NCBI GenBank assembly: GCA_002189035.1
Contig: NEEC01000018.1
Location: 372,001-436,000, forward strand
DNA length: 64,000 bases
Direction: 5' to 3'
Source of the DNA: Utricularia gibba
Taxonomy: Eukaryota; Plantae; Magnoliophyta
The translations under genes were made by a program, and so were the position numbers. The notes below the pieces were generated by a model. The model ran no database searches. It was not told the DNA's origin and worked only from the letters and a program-made list of their open reading frames with translations. Below are positions 51,974 through 64,000 of this stretch, piece by piece (within the stretch, counting starts at the first letter, position 1; each line of letters starts with the position of its first letter).

Positions 51974-53504
51974 TCAAAGAGTGAGACGCTCCATTCGGCT
52001 ATTGTAGTTCGTTAGATTGCTCAAGTTGGACTCTTCGTTTTCAGAACAACCAGGCCGCTCTGTTAGAAACTGTTCCCAGAACAGATCGTTCACTCGAGTG
52101 GTGGTCACCGGTGCTGGCTCATCATTTGGAGCATCATACTGAGACGAGGCACTATCACCGCTTGCACTAGCATTAGAGTCCAGCCTTGCCACTGTGAGCA
52201 TATCCTCCCTTGGCTGAGAGCTTTCAACAGGGGCTTTACTTTTGGTAACTTCCAGAGATGAAGATGCAAGCGTGAGATCTAGAAGGTGGGAAAGGTGATC
52301 ACTGCCACCTCCGTCTACCAAAGATGAGGTTTGGGTGGAATGCATCTTGGAGCTCTCAGATCCCAACCTTCCTGGTAACGGTGATTCTGCATTCAAGTTA
52401 AAAGAAGCCCCATTGTCTGACAGCTCGATTATTTCTGAGGCACTTAAGAAACCAGTAGCAGCTTTGGCATGGAAATCCTTCTGCACACTCTCACTTCTCC
52501 ATTGAGGAGTTACTTCATCGTCATAGGAGCTCGTCATGCCACTAGATACCAAATTAACATCAGAAGCCGCAGGCAATAACTCCAGCCTAAGTGTGTTGCA
52601 CAAGTCTGGTTGTGAAGTGCCTACAAGCTCAGGCCTACTGCTGCAGTGACCTTCGGTTACAGGATCCTCTTGAGCTGTTTCCGCGTTTTCCCCTTGAGGA
52701 GCTCTCCGTTTCTTCTTGTATACTGAAAAATCCATTGATTCAAGTTTCAGAGCTAGTTTGGCAACAAAATCTGGATTCAGGAATGCTTTGTCCAGGTAGG
52801 TAAGCAATTTCTCCTGCCTCTGTTCCATGGAGCTTATACGCCGTGTTAGATTCTCCAACTGACCCTTTGTTGCAGATTGCTGCTCCACGAATTTTAAAAC
52901 TTGTCCTTCAAGAACACGCTTTTCCCGGGTCAGCTTATCTACTTCTTCTTCATACGCTGCTCTCTCTGGATCAATTGAAATTTGAGGCTGGCTATGGCTG
53001 TGAATAGGTTTTCGACGATAAATATTCTTGAGAAGATGCTGGTGGTCCTTCACAAAATCATCATTAGCAAATTCCCATCTTTCAGGATCAATCTTCCTAA
53101 ATCCCTATATCAAAAGCAGGTAAAATCCTTAACAAAAGCAGCCTGGATTACAGAATCATGCCAAACAAAAAAAGATAGTGAACAATTTCCATTCCAAATT
53201 TAGCAGAAGATGCAATCCAAATAAATTACCAACGCCCCATTCAATCCCAATTTCAATCCACTCATTCATGAACAACCATACATACATATGTGTTGAGTTG
53301 ACGGATGAAGCTGGAGAAATTGTTGTGTTTGAAGTACGACGGAAGGAGAACGCGGGCGAACTCCGGCGGGTCCCAAACGATGAAACTCTTAGTGCTCCCA
53401 CTCCACGATACGATGGAGTCCGTCGCAGAATCGTCAACCATCTCGTAGGTTTTCAAGAGAAACGGCGCAGGACTTCCGCCGCCGGCCGAAGGTCCTCCGT
53501 CCAT
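51974..53504 (-). CDS. HSFA5: Heat stress transcription factor A5; 2 exons, intact, 449 aa
   Basis: Exon 1 53286-53504 ([14 protein letters not shown]...[16 protein letters not shown]), conserved phase-0 intron, exon 2 51974-53104 ([14 protein letters not shown]; HR-A/B; NLS KKRR; AHA motif [15 protein letters not shown]; terminal ERLTL*). Confidence 0.93.
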
Positions 53505-53656
53505 GGAACCTAACGAGCGATTACGGAGATCCTGCGTTTATATTTTTTATTGCTTATAAAAAAAAATAGGACTCAGAATATTAAATAAATATTTCAGGTA
53601 CTGAAATTGACTAGAGACTTTCTTTCCTGCACTCTGCAGATTCGTTTTCAGTGGAG
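53505..53656. promoter_or_regulatory. 152-bp divergent intergenic spacer (likely bidirectional promoter)
   Basis: Lies between the HsfA5 ATG (53504, -) and the METTL18-like ATG (53657, +). Central AT-rich block with TATA-like CTTATAAAAA at ~53553. Confidence 0.75.
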
Positions 53657-55327
53657 ATGGGTTCAAACCAATTCACTGCGTCAACAGAACATGTTTTTCG
53701 TCTCTTCGACGACAACAATACGGCCGGTTTGAGCTTTCTCGGCTTCCCTGAAAAACCCCTTCCGCCACCGCCCCCGCCAATCGAAGTTACGGCACAGGAG
53801 GTAATAGTTACTGGGGATGATTTATATTTCCACTCGGAATGCTAGTGGGCAATCCTGATTGATTTCAAATATTAAGGATAGGTATTGCCAGACACGAAGT
53901 ATCACTTGGATCCTGTTAATGCTGGTGGGCTTACTCTTCTCAAGGTTTGTTGTAATTTTTATTGAAGATTTTCTGGTAAAACTGTAACTTTTTTAAAAAC
54001 CTGTTGAAAGCAACTTTTTTGCTTCCTTGTGCTGATATAGGTGAGCTTTGTTTAGTTTTCTTTTAGGGCCTTCTTCCTTTTTAACCTCGGTCAAATATGT
54101 CTTGGATTCTTTGACATTGTACTGCATGTTTTGACTTCAAGTAGTTGTAATCTGTCTTTGTAATAGGGAAGGGTAAGCACTCGCGATGTGTTTGCTCTGT
54201 CGAATTCAGATTTGGTACCGGGTAAATATGAAGGTGAGTCTGCTACCTCGGTAATTGGCTCAGGATATCTAATACAATTTGTAATAATCATGTCGGAATA
54301 TTTCGTGTGGAGCAGGAGGCTTGAAACTATGGGAGGGTTCACTAGACTTAATTGAAGCTCTTAGTTCTGAGTTACAGCAGGGAAGGATTTCTTTTGCAGG
54401 AAAGCGAGTTCTAGAGGTGGTATTACTGAGATTATGTTCTGAGTTCTCCCACATATGCCATTAGAGTGGAAGCTTTTTTGAAGCCATGGAGGAATGCTAA
54501 TTAGCATAATACCACCGTATAATAAAACCATAAAATATGCAACTTCTTTCCGAGGATCTAACTGTAGTTGTTTATCTTTTCCCTTCTCAGCTTGGATGCG
54601 GTCATGGACTACCTGGTATTTTTGCCTGTTTAAAGGTGGAAATGGTGTTGTTTCATGTTGATTTGCGTTAACATCACTCCTATCATCATCTCCTTCGATT
54701 TTTCAGGGTTCAGAAGCTGTGCACTTTCAGGATTTCAACGCAGAAGTACTGCGTCACCTCACCCTACCAAATGTTACCCATAATATAGAACGCAGTCAGG
54801 TGGAGGTGAGCCAGGGCAGTTTAGAGACTCGTTTTTTCTCGGGTGACTGGGGTGATATGGAGTCCATTTTGCCCATATCTAGCAATGGTAGCCATACTGG
54901 TTGCACAGCGGAGGGCCAAAGAGGTGGTTATGATATTATCCTCATGGCTGAGACAGTGTACTCGATATGCTCACTGTCAAAACTGTATAAACTAATAAAG
55001 AAGGTTTGATGTGATTGTTTGCTTCATCTTTTTGTACTTTTATAATATTAACTCATTTCTGTTTCTTCCTGTGTTTTCCAGTGCTTGAGTAAACCCGATG
55101 GAGTGGTGTACATGGCAGCAAAAAAGCATTATTTCGGGGTAGGAGGAGGATCTTCACAGTTCCTATCTGTTGTTGACGAAGATGGTACGCCCAAGCTTTT
55201 TCATCCTTCTCTCACCAGATGCTGAACACTCACTTCTACTTCAGGCACCTTCTCTAATTCGTTGATCACGGAGATTGCAAATGGTTCATCTAATGTTCGT
55301 GGAGTGTGGAAACTTCAACACAAATGA
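53657..55327 (+). CDS. METTL18: Histidine protein methyltransferase 1 homolog (METTL18/HPM1-type); 8 exons, intact, 300 aa
   Basis: Exons 53657-53800, 53882-53944, 54167-54233, 54316-54416, 54591-54635, 54707-55003, 55082-55184, 55245-55327 total 903 nt. Motifs DLVPGKYEGGLKLWEGSLDL, GKRVLELGCGHGLPG, HFQDFNAEVL, YDIILMAETVY and KKHYFGVGGG. Confidence 0.93.
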
Positions 55328-56110
55328 TGTGTCAGGCCGTGTGCTTAAACTGTTGGAAACGATGATCAATGAAGCTTCTTCCTGGGCATAGAGCGTTACA
55401 GCAACATTGATTTCAGTTGTTTTCCATTGATGCGGCAAACCATGTGTTGTATGGCTACTTTTCATGAGATGATCATTAACGTAGAAATGAATCCATAGAA
55501 AACCCTGACCATTAAAGTAGAGTTTACCTGGGGGTATTTTAATTTTCTACCCACTGTAAAATATGTGAATTTGTAAAGTGTTCACTGTGAGATAATATGT
55601 GAAAAAAGTACTCATTTGGTAAAATTAATTTTCTTTTATTTAAATTACATTAAACAAAAATTCTATAAATCTATTTTATCCAGATATATACTGATTTGGA
55701 TTCGGATTTGGATTTTTATTTCTACTTGTGTACATAACTTGGAAAATATGAATTTATATTAAATATATGATAATTAAATATAAAACTAAGTCAAAACCAT
55801 AAAAAAAATATATTTAATTTTTTAGTTCGTTTTTAAATCGGAAAAATATTTTCTTTTATTTAAAAATTGAAAAATAATTATATTATCAATTGTCAAGGAC
55901 ACATACAAGATGTGATTAGTAAAAATAATCAAAAAAATTTAAAATATTCAAACAATGTGAATGTTAATTTATATGTACTCATTTTACATTGATTGTATGT
56001 ATAATAAATATAGATGTAACGAAATATATTTATTAATTAAATAGATTTTAATCAATATATCGATTCAAAATAAATTTAAATATGCAATAAAAATTTTTAT
56101 CATATAATAA

Positions 56111-57243
56111 TGATGATAATTCTCCAAGTGTACAAAAATCATCGAAGTAATAAAATAAGATCGTATCCATAAAAAATTCTTATTAGAATTTTATTTTTGA
56201 ACAAACACTCGAAAATACTAAAAACAAAAAAAGATTAAATTTAAAAATAATAAGAAAAGTGGTATGCGATCTAACATCCATCTTGCTTAAAACTCGTCCT
56301 TGTGTGTATGCAAACCATGAGAACTGACCTTCTTACGCAAGATTTAGAGGTGTTATTCTAAAGTAGTGGTACTTAGTGACTGTTATAGCACTATCCCTTG
56401 TTTTATATAATTATTAAATCAATCACGTCATTAGAGTCATTTTCCTGCTTGTGATAACCCATATTTTCCTCATTCAAATCTAATCTCTATACCTCACATC
56501 TCGTAGATAGATTAAATAGAATATGTCTTACTAACGATGTTAGATTGATCCTTCTTCTTATGTGTTTGAGGCCAACTTTAGATTCTCTCACATATTTTTT
56601 GGGTTTTGTAATACTAAACAGCACATTGCTAAAAAAATAGAATAAAACCTCAAGTTGAACATAGTAAAACAATCACACATGTAAGACTTGCATAAGTAAG
56701 GTTTCACCATAGATACTTACCTGCAAGCTCACACGCACATACACGATTTTTAATAACAAAAATTGATGAAAAACAAAAGAAAGGAATCAAAAACATGTTG
56801 GACTCGACTTAAAACCCTAAACTGACTCTCTCATTCCTTCGATTTTCGGTAATAGTCTTTGTATAATGGTATGGATTTATCGGGCTTTTTTTATTGGGTC
56901 ATATCAAATCTTCTATCCAAATCTTTTGAGATGTAATGCAGATTTTTTAAGATAAGATCTAAATTTTATAAGATAAGATGCGAATCTTATCTGAGCCTCT
57001 TTAACTAGGTTTTTATTTGGATAAACCAAAGCTTTGCTTCCACCAAAATTAATTTGAAAATCCTCTAAATGATACCAAAATTGTCCTGAAAAATTATAAA
57101 ACATATTTCACTTCCAAGAAGATCAAAGTGACATAGAAAAATATAAAATTCTTTTAAAAACATAAAAAAAGAATAAAGTGATGCAAACCGTCGTAAAAGA
57201 GTACTAAAAAGTATAAATAGAAGTAACATAAAATCACTTATTT
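56111..57243 (-). mobile_element. Solo LTR, Athila-type family B (1133 bp)
   Basis: Collinear with 46342-47474 end to end, with no PBS after the LTR end. Flanked by AATAA / AATAA (a low-complexity 5-bp TSD). Confidence 0.82.
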
Positions 57244-57399
57244 AATAATAAATTTTATTATGTTGAAAGAAATTTATTTAAATAAATTATTTGATTCTCA
57301 TGTGATGTTTTTATTACTCTCATCTAAAGCATATTATGATTGACCTCCATAATTTTTTATTACCTATTATATTTAGTTTTACATGTGCCTGTTCTATAT

Positions 57400-58315
57400 G
57401 ATTGTCTACTAGGGTATCCATTATCATGCATTTTAGAAATATTGAATAACCACACACTCATCAGAATCTTTATAAAGAAGATCGTACATGTGAGTATTTT
57501 TGTTGAAGGTAATAAAATCAATGATGAAGATTTCACAACTTATGATACACCATCTGTAGAATTTTCAGATTTCGATGTAAATATTGAATTGCAAGATCTC
57601 TTGAATCAAATATTTACATTACTTGGAATCAACTCAAATGGGTACACAATTAATCTGTCTACCCAATACTATGATTAGGACCCTAAATCAAATACAATAT
57701 ACGACTATTTTTTCCCAAATGTAACTTTCTTATTTCTTTTATTTCAATCATATTACTCTGTTTGTAGATTTGTACATAGATTACAACAAATCCGTTGGAT
57801 CCTCTCATCTAGGAGAGATCTCAATGTATTTTGATAATTTTCTAAATAATTATATCAATATTGAAGATGATGATCTAGTAGATACAAAAGAAAGTAAAGA
57901 AGGTTTACTACGTAATTAATTCTCTTAATTTTAATATCTTATGATATCTAACAATTTTATTTTATGATATATATTATGAATCTAATTCAAATTTTATATA
58001 TTAACAGAATATATAGATTATAATTTTGGAACAGCTACGAATCCCCACAATGATGCTTAGTAGAATTACGACAATGAAAACCAAGCATCAAAAGTATAAC
58101 TCCCGCTTGAAGCAAGTGAGTCTGATGAGGAAAGTAATAGAAATGATGGAAATATTACATCACACGAGGGAGAGGAATATGAATCTCCATGCATTGTTGG
58201 TCAGCTATATGTAGATAAGAGAAGACTTTTGCAATGTCTTGTGGAATTACATCATAAGAATTGGCAAAGAATACATTGTGCATGATAAAGAGTCAAGAGT
58301 TCTCGAACTTTGTTA
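57400..58315 (+). mobile_element. MULE/MuDR N-terminal remnant, truncated by the Athila segment
   Basis: Hand-read VGQLYVDKRRLLQCLVELHHK at ~58195-58260 resembles the MuDR domain (VGQ.F.SK..L..A+). AT-rich with stops. Confidence 0.5.
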
Positions 58316-58329
58316 CCCTCTATTTGGAA

Positions 58330-61300
58330 AACAAGAATGCAAATAGAGAATCTGTGTAGCACAAGCCTAGAGTTCCTTCCCGGAGAACAGGATGTGGATG
58401 AAGCAACTCAGCCCACACAGCGAGGTAAGGGACAGCACGGCCGCACAAAATTCTGGCGAGACCGAGCACTAGAGTCCCCTGCTTGGACTCAGCTGAAAAA
58501 CACTGTTAAATTTTCAGATAAGAATGCTCAACTCCTATTTAATCTCTTGACCTTGCACAGAATTTTGTTTGATTTTAAATTGCATACGCCTACTTTGGTG
58601 CATCTGAATCTTCTTGCTGATATTAACCGTTTATTTGATGCTTCTTCTGAGTGGCGTAAATTTTCTGAAATTAGCTTACCGATTTATCCCAAACTTGTTT
58701 TCGAATTTTATACAACTTTTGTGTTTGAGGATGTGGCTGGAAATCCCCTTGCTGAAAATTTGATTTCTTTCCACCTTGGAGGCAAAAATTTTCGTATGTC
58801 TATCAATGATTTTAATGTGGCTTTACGCTTTGTTTCTGAATCTGATTTAGCCACTACACATTACCTCCAAGTCTTTTGTGATTATTCTGACGATTTTAAT
58901 GTGCTGAATGCATATGCTCCAATGTCTGTCTGTGAGCCCCATATTCTGTACACAAACTCAAGGCCCATTACTTGAGGGCACCTGCTCTTTTAGTTTTGAA
59001 CAGGTACTTGGGAGACTGTTACAGTGCAACCCGACAAGGCACCAGCACCATTGCCAAGGTCATTGTATTCTTCCTATGGGCGATGATGAAGAAGCTCTCC
59101 ATCAATTTGGGATGGTGGATTGCAACCCAAATGCACTCCATCACTGCTAAAAATGAAAGAGTGCTCCCTTTGCTTCTCTCGTCACAAAGCTCGCCCAACA
59201 TCTCAAACTACCTAAAGGAGGTTGAGGGAAAGGCTGTCTTTGTTCAAGCGGGTACCAATAGTACCATTACTACTATGCCCCCCTCCATTGTGAATCCATA
59301 CGGTGCACCAACAGACGTTCCTCTCACCACTGCACCTTCAAGCCCCACCAAACATACCCTGCTGCTAGCTATTCAGAGTCTCCAGGAACAAGTTTCTGCG
59401 CTTTCAACGAAGCTGGACATTCTGATGGCTACTGCTTCACACCCCGGCATGCCCCATGACTAAGGTAACCTCCGCTGCACTTGATGATGAGGACATCCTC
59501 AAAATTAAGTGTGGGGGAGGAGTTTATGTCTCTTTTTATTTTCTAGTATTTTCTGGGCATTAGGACTTATATGTCAAACTGTTTTGAATTTTTTTTCTGT
59601 TTTCGTGCTTCATGTTTTGTTTCTCTTTTGTTTTTCTTTATGAAAAATCTCCACTATGCTCCTCAATTACATTTGATTCCATGAATAAGGCTATAATTCT
59701 TAGGATTGATCATGCTTAGGTTCATGAATTCCTTGCTGCTAGGAAAGCACTTCAATTATTTTTCCTTCTAGATATCAAGCTTTTGTTGCATGTTTTAGGA
59801 AAGACCATACCATGACTATGATTACATTTTCATTCCTTATATATATTATGTTGTGAATAAATTTTTGCTGCTCCTATAGTGACCAGACCGAGACTGAAAA
59901 AAAAAAAGAAAAATAGAGATGCCAAAGGTAAGGATGTTTGGCGAAACCGTGGTTAACACCACACATGAGGTTTCGTAATCCAAATATTCTTCCCCAAAGC
60001 GGGGACCTGTATGTGAAAAAAAAAATGAAAGAGAAAAAGGTCTTGAGTCACTATAGTGTATGTTATTTGATGTTTTTTACCTTGATAATGTTAGTGTATA
60101 AGTAGTCATTGGTTAAATCTTTATCTGATACATGCGAACTTGAGTGGCTTGCCTTAATTTGATTGAAAGATAGAAAAAGAATTGAAGTAAATGCCTGTTG
60201 TAGGATGAATGTACCTTAGTAATGCATCATAACTAAGGTTCGGCCCTTTTTCGTGGACTGCTATGATTTTCATACTTGAGAACAAGCATGATTTAAGTGT
60301 GGGGGAATATGTTAAGTGTCATTTTCTAGTTATTTATTAGGTATTATTAAGTATTAATTTAGTGATAAGTTGCCCAATTAGGAGTCTTATTATTAAGTAT
60401 TTGATTTTTATTAGAAAATCCTTATTTTCCTACTTTGTGTATATTTTATGTCTTTTTTCTCACACTTTGACCAAGGCATGTCAGAAGACTGTCATGGAGT
60501 GTTGCAGGAGTATTGCAGGTGGTCAGACTCTGAGTTTTCGTGCCTTGTACGGGAGTTGGAATGATTGTGGGCGGAAGACTGACGCTGGTCATGGCCCTTG
60601 ACTTACGGCATGTCAGAGTTTGCAACAATGATTGGGCATAAACTTGCACGCAAAGAAAAGCTGCTGGCGCACGCAAGACAGAAGGAATGATGGGAAGGGG
60701 ACCCAGTAGAGTTAATACACGTGAGGAGAGATATAAAAGCCACTTGGAGCATTTAGTTTCGAACTTTGGCCATTTCCTTTCTACACTTAGAACTTTTTAG
60801 GTTCTTCCTCCTCTCCAAGGAGGAAGAACACTTAGCTTTCAATTTCCTTTCTGTTTTTATGGCCCTTTGTGGCTAAAAACCTTTAGTTTCTGGGAATTAA
60901 ATGAAGTTTCCTTCCAAGTCCTGAGCAATATACTCGGTTCTTCGCTGAATTGATTTCGGATTCTGCATACATCCACGCATATGGTTACAGTCTTTCTGTA
61001 ACGACTCTTAGTCAAGGTCCATGAGTAGCAAACCACTTCTCGCCCATTTTGGTGAATATCAAGGTGAAGAGCACCAACTCCAACCCTGCTAGTTCGAGGG
61101 AAGTAGCGGATTGTTTGTGGCCTAGGTACCGCGACTGTGGACAGGTTGTGATCTTGGACCTGCCACTAGCCTTTGGCAACAGCTGGGCACACGCGCACAA
61201 TTCGGTTATGAAGGCAATCGAAGGCAATTCTCTTGTCTTCCTAATCGTCCAAGGGGGAATCACATGAGGCTATTCCCGTGCCTCCTTGTCAATCAGAGTG

Positions 61301-61487
61301 TAAGGGAGAGTAGACTATTCCTTGCTCCTATAACCAGCTATTCGGAAGAAATCAATGAAAACCGAGGCAAGGACGGACAGTGTTTTACGTTTTACTATTC
61401 CTTGTGCAAACACTTTTTACAAAAACAACTCCCTGAGATCGATACTCGTACTACGCTTTCTAGTGTTTTGCGTTTTCTAGTATCTCA
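58330..61487 (+). mobile_element. 3' part of an Athila-type gypsy element: env-like ORF, 3' non-coding region, PPT and 3' LTR (60310-~61487)
   Basis: env-like ORF in 58310-58975 plus 58972-59463 (PIYPKLVFEFYTTF; ISFHLGGKNFRMSINDFNVAL; LRAPAL; FFLWAM...NLGWWIATQ). Also GAGGACATCCTCAAAATTAAGTGTGGGG at ~59490 and PPT TTTAAGTGTGGGGGAA at ~60292-60307 just before LTR start TGTTAAGTGTC. The LTR is homologous to 3758-5006. Confidence 0.88.
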
Positions 61488-61489
61488 AA

Positions 61490-63130
61490 GTAAAAATGAG
61501 TGATGTGAAAAGTGTGTTGTACGCTAAAAACCCATTTCTTTCCCTCTAATTTAAAGAGACTTTGTCACAAAGCTCTAATTCAAAAGAGGATCTTCCTACT
61601 TGTATTAAACTTGTTTTACAGGAGTTCATTGATGTTTTTTATGAGGAATTACCTGGATTACCACCATAATAAGGAATAAAATATAAAATTAATTTGTGTA
61701 GCTTATATGGCTAACCCAGAAGAAACCAAAGAGATTAAACGTCAAGTTGAGGAACTCATGGTGAAAAGTTTGATGAGATAAGATATTAGTCTATACTCAG
61801 TTTCAGTGTTATTGGTGCTAAAACAAGATGGAACCTAGAGAATATGTATAGTTTCTAAGGCCATCAACCAAATAATGATTAAGCATAGTCATCCTATACC
61901 TAGTCTTTATGATATGTTACATGAATTACATATATCACAAATTTTTTCTAAGCTTGACTTGCATAAGGGATATTTTCAAATTAGGATGTGGAAGGGAGAT
62001 GAATGAAAGGCATCTTTCAAAACAAATTTTGGTTTATATAAATGATTGTTTATGCCTTTCATGATATTAATGAATTATGTATTGTATTCTTTCCCTAGAA
62101 ATTTTGTTATTGTTTAGTGCTGTGTGTCTTGAGAAAAGAGTGTTTCTATACTAACATCAAGAAATGTGACTTTTGCAAAAACAAAATCTCTTTTCTTGGC
62201 TACATTGTGAGTGATGTGGATACTTCAGTGGATGAAGAAAAAAGTGATGGCAATTAGAGAATGACCAACTCCTATCACGATTGGAGAAGTACACATCTTC
62301 AATGGATTGGCCAATTTTTACAATCATTTTGCCAAGGATTTAAGCACACGCTGAATCATTGAACGAGGTTATCAAGTAGATGCTCAATTTTTTTTGGGAG
62401 AAGCACAAAGAGTCTGCATTTATGCAATTCAAGGATAAGCTTAGCTCAAACCCTTTATTTGTGTTACCTGATTTTTCGAAAACATATGAAATTGAATGTG
62501 ATGCTACTGGAGTTGGAAAAAAGTGTTGTTTTGGTGCAAGGAGGCCGACCCATTGCATACTTCAAGGAAAAGCTTGGTGGAGCAACACTCAATTACCCAA
62601 CTTATGATAATGAGTTGTATTCATTGGTAAGAGCTTAAAAGACTTAGAAACATTATATGTGATACAAAAAGTTTGAAGCATATGAAGAGTCAAAGAAATT
62701 TAAATAGGATACATGCAAGATGTATGGTATTCATAGATATGTTTTTCTATGCCATAAAACACAAGAAAGGAAAAGAAAACATTATTGTTGATATTTTGTT
62801 AATAAGATACACACTTTTGGCTACTCTTAATGTTCAAATGGGATTTTTGCAATAAAATAGTCTTATACTCTTGATCATGATTTCAAATATTTATATTTTC
62901 TTATGAGGGTAAACCTCATGAAACTTATCATTGGGAAGATGACTTTCTTTTAAAGAAAATCATGTTATGTATTCAACAATGTTCCATTTGAGAGTTCTTT
63001 GTGAAGGAGGCGATTGGTGAAGAACTTATGGGACATTTTGGAGTCATCAACACATTAGACATGCTTCAAAAACATTTCTATATGCCTAACATGAGAAGAG
63101 ATGTGGATAGGATGATGCGACCCTCCAAAC
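61490..63130 (+). mobile_element. Degenerate chromoviral (CRM-like) Ty3/gypsy pol (RT, RNase H, start of integrase)
   Basis: Hand-read NPEETKEIKRQVEEL, HPIPSLYDMLHEL...[36 protein letters not shown] and GEELMGHFGVINTLDMLQKHFYMPNMRRDV. Many stops. Confidence 0.88.
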
Positions 63131-63544
63131 ATCAAGTGTTTCGCAAACAAGATCTTGGGTTTCAAATGAAGGAATCCTTCAAGAAAAGAATAAGTTGGCT
63201 CTTAATGAATGAAAATCCTTACAACTCAAATTATGAATCACACTCACAGAATAAGGAATGAATTGGGAGTGATAAACCATACTAGATACAACAATCAAGA
63301 TTTGATAAGTCTAAAGTTTTACAAGAAGTGAAGTAATGAGCACTACTCTCAAAATAAATAACAATCAAAGTTATTCTAAACAAGTATGAAGCCCTTCTTA
63401 TATAGGCGAATGATTTGGCCTACTCAAAAAAAGTAGGAATAATGTACTTTGGAGTAATGGACCTCCATTACTCTAGTTGATGCATTTTGAGTAGCGTTAA
63501 TTTTATGTCAAACACCTTATTACTTTGTTGATTGACCCATAATC

Positions 63545-63910
63545 CTTTAAGCACCTCTTTTTTCTTCTAATTTTTAGTATTTTCTAGGCATTAGGACTTA
63601 TGTCTTAATTTGAGTTCAATTTTTCTTTCGTGCTTCATGTTTTGTTTTTCTTTTTTATGTGAAAAAATCTCCACTATGCTCCTCAAGTATATTTGCCTCC
63701 ATGAATAAGGTAAAGATCTTAAGATTGATCATACTTAAGTTTATGAATTCCTTTCTGTTAGAAAAATACTTCAATTAATTTTTCGTTCTAGATATCAAGC
63801 TCTTATTGCATTTCATAGGAAAGATTACACCGTGACTACATTTCCATTCCTTGCACAAATTATGCTGTGAATAAATCTATGCTGCTTCTATAGTGACTAT
63901 ACTATTAAAA
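63545..63910 (+). repeat. Second copy of the Athila 3' non-coding region
   Basis: Collinear with 59530-59885 (TAGTATTTTCT.GGCATTAGGACTTAT; AAAATCTCCACTATGCTCCTCAA; CTAGATATCAAGCT). Confidence 0.8.
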
Positions 63911-64000
63911 CTTTAAAAGATTTTATTAGTAAAACACAAATGTGTAATATGAGTATCGAATAAGGAGAGTTGTTTTTCTTGTGAAAGGTGATGTTACATC

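Overview
AT-rich flowering-plant nuclear DNA. Seven spliced host genes sit in a matrix of decayed and nested transposons. The genes are EPFL8-like (-), RBP47 (-), MUS81 (-), GIF2/3-type SSXT coactivator (-), NDUFAF7-type methyltransferase (+), HsfA5 (-) and METTL18/HPM1-type methyltransferase (+). All exon chains were reconstructed by hand and checked for frame. MUS81, HsfA5 and METTL18 are intact. EPFL8, RBP47 (twice), GIF and NDUFAF7 each carry a small indel at a G or C base/run, and this pattern points to homopolymer-type assembly error more than true pseudogenisation. Repeats include three Ty1/copia remnants, CRM-like and other gypsy pol remnants, and two Athila-type LTR families (five LTR copies, two of them solo LTRs with 5-bp TSDs). 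There is also an Athila env-like ORF that is nearly intact, a decayed hAT transposase element, a non-autonomous hAT with an 8-bp TSD, several MULE/Harbinger fragments, and a 205-bp plastid 16S rRNA insert (NUPT). The best leads are the 152-bp head-to-head HsfA5/METTL18 spacer, the frameshift pattern, and an unexplained GC-rich non-TE segment at about 8950-10400. I found no evidence for a wholly new biological system. Homology calls come from recalled family motifs, not database searches.
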